64,000 nt of DNA, from contig NC_068998.1 of the NCBI RefSeq assembly GCF_001194135.2, forward strand, positions 40,672,487 through 40,736,486, written 5' to 3'. Position numbers and translations under genes: made by a program. Under the pieces are notes generated by a model, which was given only the letters and a program-made list of their open reading frames with translations, was not told the origin of the DNA and searched no databases. This stretch comes from Octopus bimaculoides (lineage: Eukaryota). The stretch's first letter is position 1, and each line of letters starts with the position of its first letter. Below, one piece after another: positions 13,280 through 24,686 of the stretch.

Positions 13280-14778
13280 GTAAGATATTGTCTTTTGTAT
13301 TTTATTAGACCAAATTGTTCTTTGTTTTATTTTCAAGTCTATAATTTCTTTCTAAATGACGTGTGTGTGTGTGTGCATGTGCAGGCTCAATGACGGCTGA
13401 GATTAAAAAGTTTGCTTTGTAACTACATGCCATGTCATGTAGTGAACCCACTACATGGCATGTTGGGAAAATATATTTTAATGTAGCTATATAGCTTTGG
13501 AGTGATAGATACATTGCAAGTCGGATTCGAGGTGGAAACTGTTTAGAAATTCATTCTAAGCACATGCACACCCATACATGTCTTTGTGGTGTGTGTGTGT
13601 GTGCTTATGTTTACATCAGTGTTTGTGTCAGTTTATGTTTTGTAACTTAGTGGGTTGATAAATAGTGTGGAGCTTAGGTGTTTCGCTCATAAACACATAC
13701 ACATCACCTGGTCTGAGATCTGAACCCCTGATCCCTTGACAGCGAGTCCGCTGCTCAGGCCATGTGCCTCCACAATAAACAGAATGGCTGAGGTAAATAA
13801 GATGATCTTGTTCGTTTATTTTTTTAGCATTGTTAAGAATGACAGTTTTAATAAGTTTAGTTAATTTTCTTCAACAACATGAAGAAGATGAAGCTATTTC
13901 TTTGACCCTTTTGATACAAGCTTACTGAGACAGCCTCTGGTTCTCTGGTACAAGCTTCCTCTTCAAAACTGATCTGAATTAAATTTTTCAATCAAAATTT
14001 CATGTTGATATATTTTCAAACATCAGTTATTTTAATATATTCTTCAGTATTTTGGAAGATAATTGAATCAAAGGCAGTGTTTTCCACAAAAATATGGTAA
14101 TGAAAGGATTAATGTCCATTTTTTGTGTGGTTCTAGAGTTAAATATTGAGCTAGATATGGTAATAATCCACCAGATAACATTTCTTTAACTAAAATCCAT
14201 TGCAGAAGTATTATTTAGTTTGAGTAATATATTTCAACATAAACCTTAGTTAACCCAGCTTGTTGGCAATAGGTACCAGGTAGTCTAAGAAATTTAATTC
14301 AGACTAGTATTGTCTTCAGAGATGTGTGTGAGTTATTTCTCTCATTTGCTGAATACTGCCCAGCAAGGGCTGGTATGTTACGAGGCAGTCAGCCTGGTTG
14401 AATGCATTGCTCTTCAGGCCACTGGATATAGCTGGACATTTTGTACCAGGAATAAAGTAGGAAAATTTCTTAGTCAGGAGGTGAACTTGCATTGCAGATT
14501 CTGTGTTTAGAGAGGAAGCTTCTGTGGTTGCTTGATCTGCTAGAAATAACAGCCAAATCTTCACTGAAATCACACCTGGTGTTTTGATAAAAGAAAATAT
14601 ATTGGGATAATGTAGCCCTAAATTTTTTATATCTGGGGGGAAAAGACTGGTTGATCACAACTGGAATCTTTAATCAAACAATCAGTTTGATATCAAGGTT
14701 GACCTAGAGCTAAACAATAAAAGCTTTTAAATATCAAGAAATAGAAAATCACAAATCGTCTATTTACTATTTAAATTA

Positions 14779-15973
14779 TTGGGTTGGCAAGTGAGTAATT
14801 TCGGATTTTTAGTGTGAAATGAAAGTAATTTTTTTCATACAAAGAATGAACTTCAACCAGTTATATATTTTCCATTTTGTGCTTGTAGGACTTCTGGTCC
14901 TTATCAGCCCAAAACTGAAGCAAGTGCAATTTCAGGTCATCATCATTATTGAAAGTTTTACCATTCAATGAATTTTGAAAACTTTGAAATAAATGGTAAT
15001 CTGATGGTGCAAGGTCAGGGCTATATGGGGGATGTGACATCACTCCCCAACCAAGCTCCAATCATTTTCACGAGTTAGCAAAGACGTGTGGTCTAGTTTT
15101 GTTATGGTGGAACACGATTCCTTTATGATTTGTCAATTCTGGTTGTTTTTCTTTGATTGATTCTTCCAGTTTCGTTAGTTGTTGATATGAAACATCTGGA
15201 TTTATCATTTGGTTCCTTGGAGGCAGCTCAAAATACAAAACACCTTTATAATCCCACCAAATTGACAGACAGCATGACCTTTTTTTTTATGCAATTCAAC
15301 TTTGTGTGTTTTGTGCTGGTTCATTACGCTTTTCAATTGATTTTATTGTGGACAATCCATTTTTCATCACCAGTGATGATTCATAAAAAAAAAAAAAGGC
15401 TGATTTCATTGCATTTGACATGCATATAGCAAATTTTGATTTGTTGTGTCAAGTGAATCTCTTTCAATTTATGTGGAACCCAAATATTGAGCTTCTTAAC
15501 GAGTCGAAGACATTCTAAGTGATTTTCAATTGTTGCGTGTGATAAATTTAACCTCTCTGCAATCTCCTGCACAATTATATGACAATCAGATTCAATTATG
15601 GTTTTGATTTGGTCATCATCAATTTCAGTAGGTTGACCAGAATGTTGGTCATCTTTGAGTGAAAAATCGCCGGAACAGAATTTTAAAAACCATTTCTGAC
15701 ATATGCGTTCTGTGAAGCAATCAACACCACAAACTTCACATTTCTCTTTGTGAACCTCAGCAGCCTTCTTGCTTTTACGGGAATAAAAAAGCAAAATATG
15801 CACTCTATGTTAAAATTGACACTGAATTAACAGCTGTAAAGAAAATTGTGTGCAATTTGCTTCTTAAAGTAAGCTAAAAGTAACGGCTATCAAATGTCAA
15901 AAGGAAAAAGTAATTTTAAAAATTTGTAACTCTGTTTACAAAAAAATACAAAATTACTTTCTTACTAACCTAA
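14779..15973 (-). mobile_element. Near full-length decayed mariner (DD34D-type) transposon
   Basis: TA-flanked imperfect TIRs TTGGGTTGGCAAGTGAGTAATTT / AAATTACTTTCTTACTAACCTAA. Minus-strand motifs: HTH region, WVPHKL, ITGDEKW, YSPDLAPSDYHLF. The second catalytic D is mutated (HHNKTRPH) and there are frameshifts. Confidence 0.95.
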
Positions 15974-16036
15974 TATAAAATGTTCAAATTTATGGAGGCC
16001 TTAAGAAGATCTTATTGGTCTTTTATTTATCTAAAA

Positions 16037-16265
16037 CAGTGGTTCTCAACCATTTATTGTTCGATTCCTGTTTGATTCCTATTTTACTCTACTGGATCTC
16101 CATAGTTTTTGCTGAATATAATGAACATCTTACTGTATTTTTATAATTAAATATTAGTAGGAATTGTATTAAAAGAAACTTTTTATGTACTTTAGAAATG
16201 TTACCAATTTATTGGAGATAATTTTAAGAATAAAATCTTATGTGGACCCCTGTTGAGAACCACTG
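16037..16265. mobile_element. hAT-type MITE copy
   Basis: Perfect TIRs CAGTGGTTCTCAA / TTGAGAACCACTG; degenerate 8-bp flanks ATCTAAAA / GTTTAAAG. Confidence 0.85.
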
Positions 16266-16532
16266 GTTTAAAGCAAGTACTGAGGCCAACTCCTGAGACA
16301 TGGAAATTTACAGACCATAGCTTTTTATTTATTTTTGTACATATTGGGCTTTGTACCTTCTTGTCAAAAGAAATATTGTATTGTCAAGATAATCTTTCTT
16401 CCTCTTCCTGTGTATCTCACCATCTATCTGTGTATTGTGTATGTATCTGGTCTAACAATCTGTTTATTTGTCTATCAATCTTCCTACTCACTCGTTTATT
16501 TATGTATTTTTACTTTTATTTTTCACTTGCAG

Positions 16533-17399
16533 TAAAAGGCAAAGGATGTGTGCGGAATTACCATGTGCAGTATTTTTATGATGAACCAGAGCGGGCATGG
16601 GTGAGTGAGAATGCAACACTTGGATTTGAAGGGAAAGACAAATTCTTCAAATATGTAGAAGATATGCTAGAAAGGGCACCTGCTAAACAGCGATCCCAGA
16701 TTTCACAGAAATATGGAGTCAGCAAACACAAGCGCCCAGTTTGGGACCGTGCTGTTCGTTCAGCAGAAGTAGCACTGCCTTTATCCCACTCTGAACGGAA
16801 ACTCTGCTACATAAACAACTTTGACAAACATCCTGAAAAGAAGAAGCAAGAGTCTCCGGAAAAGTTGGCAGTTGAGGTTAGCAAACCAGACAAAGCTGGT
16901 CCCAAAGCCAAGAAACAAAAGACTGAGAGTTCTAGTGGAGCTGGTGTTACTAGCGGAGGAGATGGTGGTGGTAAAGTGAAAATAGAGTCTTCTTCTGCCA
17001 GTAAATTACCAAGTATTGTCAATGGAACTCTTGCTAAGAAACGCCACGCGTCACCTGGTAGCTTCGCCAATGACTCTGACAGCATTGCATCACCGCAGCG
17101 GAAAAGGCCAAAAGCGGCCGGCGGTACTGAGTCAGGTGGTGGGGCTGCCGGTGGCAGTGGGTGTGTGACTACTCCGAAATCAGGGAAAGATGATGGTTCT
17201 TTTGATATGTTCTGTCAGAAGCATAGGGAGGGTGTTCTGTCTGAGCACTCGGACTTTGACGAGCAAATGGTAGTTGAATATCTCAGGCAACAATGGAGTA
17301 TGATGAGCCAGAAGCAGAGAGCTCGTTACAAGTCTAAGTTTGGTGGTGGTGGTGGTGGAGGAGGAGGAGGTGTCATTACAAGCAGAGGTACATCATCAG
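16533..17399 (+). CDS. NSD2: NSD coding exon 2: second half of PWWP1, basic linker, HMG box, poly-Gly
   Basis: Acceptor TTTTCACTTGCAG, phase 1. Peptides RNYHVQYFYDEPERAW and FDMFCQKHREGVLSEH..LRQQWSMMSQKQRARYKSK (NSD2-type HMG). Donor CAG|GTAAAT at 17400, phase 1; alternative GT at 17388. Confidence 0.95.
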
Positions 17400-20300
17400 G
17401 TAAATGAATTTTAACTGTTTTAATTGAAGCAGTTGAAAACTGACCTGAGCAGAAGCAAAAGCTGTAATTTTTTCACAAAAACAAAGAAAGAAAAATTATT
17501 AATTATAATAATAATAATAATTATAATTATAATAACAATAATAATTATACACTGAAAAAAGAGCGGGTTTAAAGCATAAACATTCTTTAAATATTGACAA
17601 TTGGAAGAAAAGGAAAAATATTTTTTTTTTAAATTGAAATTAAATTAATATTTTTACTATTCTCTTATTATATTCTTCCCATGATTACCTCATTTTGTAA
17701 AAAAAATTATATTTATCTTAAGTGATAACCATAAATATTTCAGAAATTATACAAAAGTAACTACTAATTTTCATTACTTAGATTGATTAGGTTCATTAGT
17801 CCTTTATGAAAGAGTATGTATATATATATGTACACATGCATATATATTATATAGATGAATATTGAGTATAATTGTGATGATAGCAATAGTAATGATAATA
17901 TAATAATAATAATAATAATAATTCAAACGGGTCCCATGATGTAGTAGATACATTAATTTATTTTTAAAAAAGAAAACATGAAAAAGTGCTTTACTTTTTT
18001 TAAAAATACTTAAATTTAAAAAAAAATATTATTTAAAGATTTTTTACCCATTTTTTTTCCTCCCCGAAACATTAAACATTTTCATTGTTTTTCTTTCAAT
18101 TTTTATTTATTTATTTATTTTAATATTTAAAAAAAGACAAGGAAAGAAAAAAAAAATTTCTGTCTCTCACTCACTTTTCCTCCCCTGACATAGAAAAATC
18201 ATTTGAAAGTGGTGTTGAGAGTGTTTAAAACTGGAGAAGACAGCCTGATTTTGAGCGGACTAAGTTGCCTTTTGAAGTTATACACACTGCAGGCTGTTCC
18301 AGAGGTGAATGGAATCAAATTAACAAGAAACATATTAAAACATTACATGTGAAGCAGGTCCATTTTTTTTTTCATCCTTATCACTTGGATGGTTGAATCC
18401 TATACACAAAAACATGCATGCATAATTTTTTAACAGAAGGTGGGAAATGAGGGACAAAACACACACAGACACACACTCACACTATTTTCAAACAGTTAAA
18501 GGGGTTATCTCTTTTATATATATATGTATATATATATATTTTATTGTCTCTTATATATTGTATATTTAAAATATATTTATGGTCATGTTTCTGATATGAC
18601 TGACTGACCAAGCATATTTCAAATTCACCCTACCTCTTGAAGATTAAAATGAAGAAAAAAAATTAAGATTTAAGACAAAAGAATTTAATTTTTCTCTTTG
18701 TTTTACTAATTTAATTTTTATTTATTTACTGATTTAAAAAATGAAAACACAAAAACCTCAACCTCCCTTCCAATTCATACAGTATTATTCATAAATTTAT
18801 GATATTGCCTTAACATCCATTAAGAAAAAAAAAAATTGGCATTAAAAAAAAACCCCCTAAAAATTTGATGGATAAATACAATCATATTTTATGAAAAATG
18901 TTTTATAAGAAATTATTCTTACATTTTTTTGTCTTGTGGCAAATGATTTAACGTTATTTATTATTTTTTTGGACTTCTCCCTCAACTTATTTGGATGTAA
19001 ATATAGGGATAGCATTTTTAGTTGTCACTTTATATTATAAGTATGGACACATAACACAAACACTTGACTATTTCTTACTCTTGTAATAATGGGAAATTTA
19101 GTAATGTTGCCAGAAAAGAAAATAACGAAAAGCAAAAAAAAAGGGGGGGAAGTTATAAGGCTGAGTGTTGTTTTTTTTTTAATGATATATATGTATATTA
19201 TTAACCAACATACCCTCCACTGACTCCTCTCACCCACCACCTTCATTTCTGGAATAGCCCTGCTTTGTGGTCAATCATCATGGATTCCATGGTTGTTTGA
19301 ATTAAAAAAAAAAACAATAAAAAATATATATATGTATGTATATTCTATTATATGTATATGTATATATAGCTTTGTAATAATAATATCATAATGTTGTATT
19401 TTACATTCACCTCGTAAAGTTCATGTACTCCTAGGAAAATAAACAGTAGTCTTTACCAAAATGGTGATGCTACTGAGCTACACTTCTGGAAATTTTGGTA
19501 TTTTTTTTCTCATTTTGGTGTAAAGTGTGCATATATCTGTGAATGTATGGACTTTGGCATGGTGTTTAGTCTATCTGTCCCCTTAAAATCTTCAGCTGAA
19601 TCTCCAAATTTTAAACACAATTGACAGCATCTGTTTTTCAAATGTCAAGTAATAATAAGAAAAATTATTATATTAATAATGACAAAAAGGGGAAAAAAAT
19701 GACAGATCTTAAAGTAATAATAATAGTTTATGTTTTCAATTCTTTTATTTTCTAGTTATTTCTTTAAATAATAATGTTAACAGTGAAAATTTGTTAAGTT
19801 TCAAGATTATGCCTTTAGTAAACGTTAATCCACTAAAAATCATCTTAGGGTTAATGAAAACATTATATAAATAATAAAAATTTATATATAAATTTAAATT
19901 AAAATGTTACCCATAGATTAAAATTTAAACTAAGTTATTTGAAAAGAGGTGTATTTTTCATGTGAAGTTTCAAAAGAAAAAAGATAGATATTAATTTTCA
20001 GTATTGATTGAAAAAAAAAAAAGCCAAAACTAAATCAGTTAGTGGGTAAGTTAAAATGTTTTTTTTTTTAGTATCTCTGAAATATACTTGAAATGTTTTT
20101 CCTTTATTGAATTCCAAATTTTGAAAGAATCTGATATTTCATTATATCAATTTCTGATATGAAAGAAACGGGGGAACAAAGAAGAAAAAAAAAATAACAG
20201 CTTTTGCTAACTTAAGCTACAGGAAAATTTTTCAGTTGTGTGATTTTTGAAGAATTTTTTTTGTTTTTCTTAGAAAAAAAAAAAAAGAAACTGTTAGTAA

Positions 20301-23300
20301 AATTATGCTTTTCTTCATATATAGCATGTACACTTGCACACTGACAAACAAACAAAACAAAACAAATACACATTCACACAAACGAGCCTTAAGGGCCAAA
20401 ATTTCACTTAAAGAATTCTCTCTCTCTCTCTCTCTTTCTCTGACTTGTTTTGATATTCACTATTCAAAAAAAAAAAAATTATTTCACAAAAAAGAATTAT
20501 TTCTCCTAAAGTTTTTAAATTCTTATACCATCATACAATTCTCCCTAGTAAGAATAAAATTTCTGAAATGGATCGAGAAATTTGGGAATTGCTTTGGAAT
20601 GGCCTGTCATGTTTACAAATGTAGGTTCCATGCCCCACAGGCAACCTTTAACTTTTTCTATCTAAGGGTTTTTTTTTTCATTTCAGTATTTGCACTCTCT
20701 CATTTGTAGCATTCTTTATTTTGAGATCAAGTATTCCCCAAAATAATTGTGTATATGTTTAGCATACATTAGAATCTTCATCGATGTTTTCATAAAACAG
20801 ATATCTAGAATTGAAGCAAAAGAATTTTTTTTTTTTTTTACACCACAAAATCTAATTCCTGCAAACACTAATTGAAAATATTTTAGGTTAAAAAAAACAA
20901 AACCACTATATATGTACAGTTTTTGTTTTTATTTAAATTTTTTTTCAATAGTTGAAGATATCTGGTCTTTTCATAATTTAATCAATATCTGTATTTTTGT
21001 TTTTAAAGTTAAGTGTGATTATCCTTTTATATATATATCATTTGTTTTAATGTCCACTTTTCTGCACTTAAATAAGTGAGGCAGATTTTCTACATCTGGA
21101 TGCTAAACTTTACATGTAAGGTATTTTCCCAAACTCAGACATGTTTTCATGGAAGATTGGAAATGGACACTGCTTGTATACCAGTGACACTCATTTACAA
21201 CTATCATGTGATGTCAAGGCAAGGAGACAGTAATACAGACATACATGGGTATATACACATATGTACTATGAGCTTATTTCACTTTCCATTTATCAGATCC
21301 ATTCACAAGGCCTAGGGCTATAGAAAACGATACTTGCCCAAGATGCCATGCAGTGAGACTGAATTCAGAACGATGTAGTTGGGAAGCAAATTTCTTACCA
21401 CACAACCACCCTTTAGTGTGTGAGTGTGTAAAGGTTTGTTACTTAGTTCTTAAGGTGTTGCACTTGTGATCTTAAGATGTGGTGTGTTCTTGAGCAAAGT
21501 TCAAATCCCAACTAAAGGCAACATTGCTTTTCATTTTCTGAGGCTGATAATTAAGTATTGGATTGATATAATCGACTGTCCTCTCCTACACTAAAAATTG
21601 TGGCCTTGTACCATAATTTCTATTTATGGTTACAAATAATCATCATTATTTTTGAGTGAGAGAGCAATGTATGCCATCAAAGTAATGCTGGGGTACAAAT
21701 AGATGAAGCCCAGTATACCCATCATGACTACCCGTCTGATAAGGGTACACAGGTACATGCATTGTAACCATATGTGTGTGACATGGTGACTGTGCATGAA
21801 CCTGCAGGTGGTGCTGGTTAGAATTTTCTTCAGGTCAAGTAGCCTATCCTGCTCAAAAGGTCCCTAGATAAGAATTGTTTAAAGACGATGAACAAAATAC
21901 TCACATTTTCAGTGGTGAATTCTTCAGACCCCAAAGAATTCCACTCAAGACATGGCTATGCTGCTACTCTACTCCTGCTTGCGATCAGAGATGCACATAT
22001 CGTCAGCCACCAAGGGACATGCTCAAGTGGTTAAAATCAAGCAAGTCTGCGATAGTGAGCAGAGTATATGTTGCATCCATCTTTTATAAAATATGTACAT
22101 AACACTTCCAATCAGTTAAGATGAGAAGCCATGAGAGAATTTAGTAAAATAATATTTGTCATCATTAAACTGATATTTGAAGCATAAATTAATATGAAAT
22201 TTTGGTGGAAAGTTTTAGTTTAGATCACCTTGAAACTGGAAGTTTGTATTGTGGAACTCGTGCGATCTGTGGTGGGTTGGTTTTAAATGGGTTAAGATGG
22301 AATACTGGAATACTGACAGAAATGGTTGACTGAGGACTAAATGCCTTACAGTATTTAGTTTCTATTCTATGATGCACTGACTTCAAATCTTATTAGGATT
22401 TGTAAAATAAGATTTAACATGTTGGTGTGGCTCTATGGTTTAGAAGCTTATTTCTCAACTATGTGGTTGTAGGTTCAGTTCCACTGCACAACACCTGGAG
22501 AAAGTGTTTTCTATAGTCACAGGCTGAGCAAGTCCTTGAAAGTGGATACATGTATGAGTATATATGTATAAAACAATACAAATGTGCATTGTGACCAGCA
22601 ATATGTCACATCTAATAGCTTGGACAGTTGCTTAATAACCCCCCCCNNNNNNNNNNNNNNNNNNNNNNAATGTATGTGTTGATGTGCCTCATGTACCCTT
22701 GTGTTGATATGGTTGTAAATGAGCATCACCATCGTACAAGCAATGTTGTTTGTTTCTAGTTGTTTGTGAAAAAACATGTCTGGCTATGGAGGAAATATTA
22801 CCCTGCTTGGAAACAAGTGAGGGCTGGCAACAAAAAGGGCATCTGACTGTAGAAAGATTTGCCACAGTAAATTCTGTCTGATCCATACTAGCATGAAGAA
22901 GTGAATGTTAAATGATGCTGATGTCATGACACTGAAGAATTAGGTCTTTCAGTTCGTTTGTAATATTTCTGGCCCTAGTTCTTGCCTTTTCATATCTTCC
23001 TTTCATCGTAGTCGTGGTCTTGTAAGGTAAACAAGATTGTCTTTATGTAATAGACGATAAAAACTTTGTGAGGTGAGTACCATTGTCTTATTTTTAGTCA
23101 ATACTTGTTATTTTAGAAAATAGCACTTTCCAAATGCCAACCACTACTGAATTCTGAAAACAAAGTGGTATGTATACTTTAAATAAACAGTTAGTTAATC
23201 TGTTAAGCCGGGTGGGGGAGGGGGGGGGGTTGTCAAAACTTGTTTCACTTTGTGGACCAGATTGAAGTAGAAAGTAAATCTTTATTGGTTGAATAAGGAC

Positions 23301-24093
23301 AATTTTCCATCATCATCATCGTTTAATGTCTGTTGTCCATGCTGGCATAGGTTGGACAGTTTGATCAGAGCTGGCAAGTTAGGGAGGGAGCTGCATCAGA
23401 CTCCAGTCTGATTTGGCATGGTTTTTATGGCTGGATGCCTTTCTTAATGCCAACCACTTTACAGTGTGCTGGATGCTTTTATATGGCGCTACGTGGTACT
23501 GCATGGGTGCTTTTACATGGTGCTGCCATGAGTGCTTTGCATCACCAGAAGGATCAGTCTTAATACTTCCCTAACAACAAATTCAAAGGTATCAATGTTT
23601 GATATTAGAATTTTATTTAAAAAAAGAAAGGAAAAATTATGAGGTGTCAGCAAACTTTGTGTGCATAGGTATGTGGGAAAAGGTTTAATCTATATGGTAC
23701 ATGTACAGTTCTATTATGTAAATTTCCTTAGAGTAAGAAGAGGGATAGAAGTTGTCCAAATGAATGTGTACAGTTCTTGAGAAAAACCTATAACCAGTGC
23801 TAGGTAGCTTACTCTGTTTCAGCTGCAAATACTTTCAACATTGTTCATTTCATTAGAATTTATTGTGACAAGCAAATGCATCAATTTGAAAGAAAATAAA
23901 AATGAAACAGAAAAGCTTCCATTTGGTTTGTCCTGTACAGACAAAGTAAAAGGGAAATAGGTCATATTGTTTAGTGTTTGGATTCATGAGCTGCTTTTTC
24001 ATTCATTGAAATAACAAGATTTCTGATGTGCACTGATTTGACTTATTGGAACCAGTGTTAATCCAAAACTATGCTAGTGATAAGTGATAGGTT

Positions 24094-24313
24094 TTAACCC
24101 TTTAGCATTCGGATTATTCTGTCAAATGCAATGCTTTTTTTATTCACATTACTTTGAATTAATTCTGTATTTATCTTATAGCTTTGAGATTTAAATGATT
24201 TGATTGTTTATTTTTAGAATGGCATTGTAAGTGAAGTTTGAGAGGCCAGGTTTGGTCAGTTTGAACACAAAACAGGTCAGATATTTAGATCGGTTTAAAT
24301 TCTAAAAGGTTAA
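24094..24313 (-). mobile_element. piggyBac-type MITE family 1 (representative; others ~1945-2158, 9775-9980, 30817-31040, 36190-36350, 38007-38221, 43426-43647)
   Basis: TTAACCCTTTAGCATT ... AAAAGGTTAA termini with TTAA at both ends; about 220 bp. Confidence 0.75.
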
Positions 24314-24341
24314 AAGTTTTAAAATTAAGGAAATTGTCCCA

Positions 24342-24686
24342 GAGGAGGAGGAGATCCCCTTGGGTCATGAATAACCATGGGATTGCACCTAGAAAGTTAC
24401 CCTCCAAGGCACAAGTCTGGGCAAGGTTTTTTATGGAAGACCAGCAGTCACCCATGCATACCAGCCTCCACTCTCCATGCCATTGATGTTATCCAAGGGA
24501 AATGGAAAGGCCAATACAGGTTGGCACCAGTGATATCGCAACTCGTTTCTACAGCTGAGTGAAATGGAGCAATGTGAAATAAAGTGTCTTGCTCAAGAAC
24601 GCAACACGCAGACTGGTCCGGGAATCAAACTCACAACTTCGTGATTGTAAGCTTGACGCTCTAACCACTGAGCCACATGCCTTCAC
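24342..24686 (-). mobile_element. tRNA-derived SINE family C (similar head at ~26080-26260 on +)
   Basis: The reverse complement begins GTGAAGGCATGTGGCTCAGTGGTTAGAGCG (A box) ... GAGTTTGATTCCCGG (B box), then a CTTGAGCAAGACACTT central block. Confidence 0.75.

Noticed and set aside
14779-15973. SETMAR-like fusion of mariner with the SET gene
   Set aside because: The element is antisense, frameshifted and has lost a catalytic Asp; no splice path into it is evident.
16253-16532. N-terminal 93 codons of ORF 16253-17407
   Set aside because: They start inside a hAT MITE and run through intron sequence; homology begins at the acceptor (16533).
23211-23230. G-quadruplex-like G runs (also ~3975-3990)
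   Set aside because: Short homopolymer-type tracts that are common in this sequence, with no functional context.
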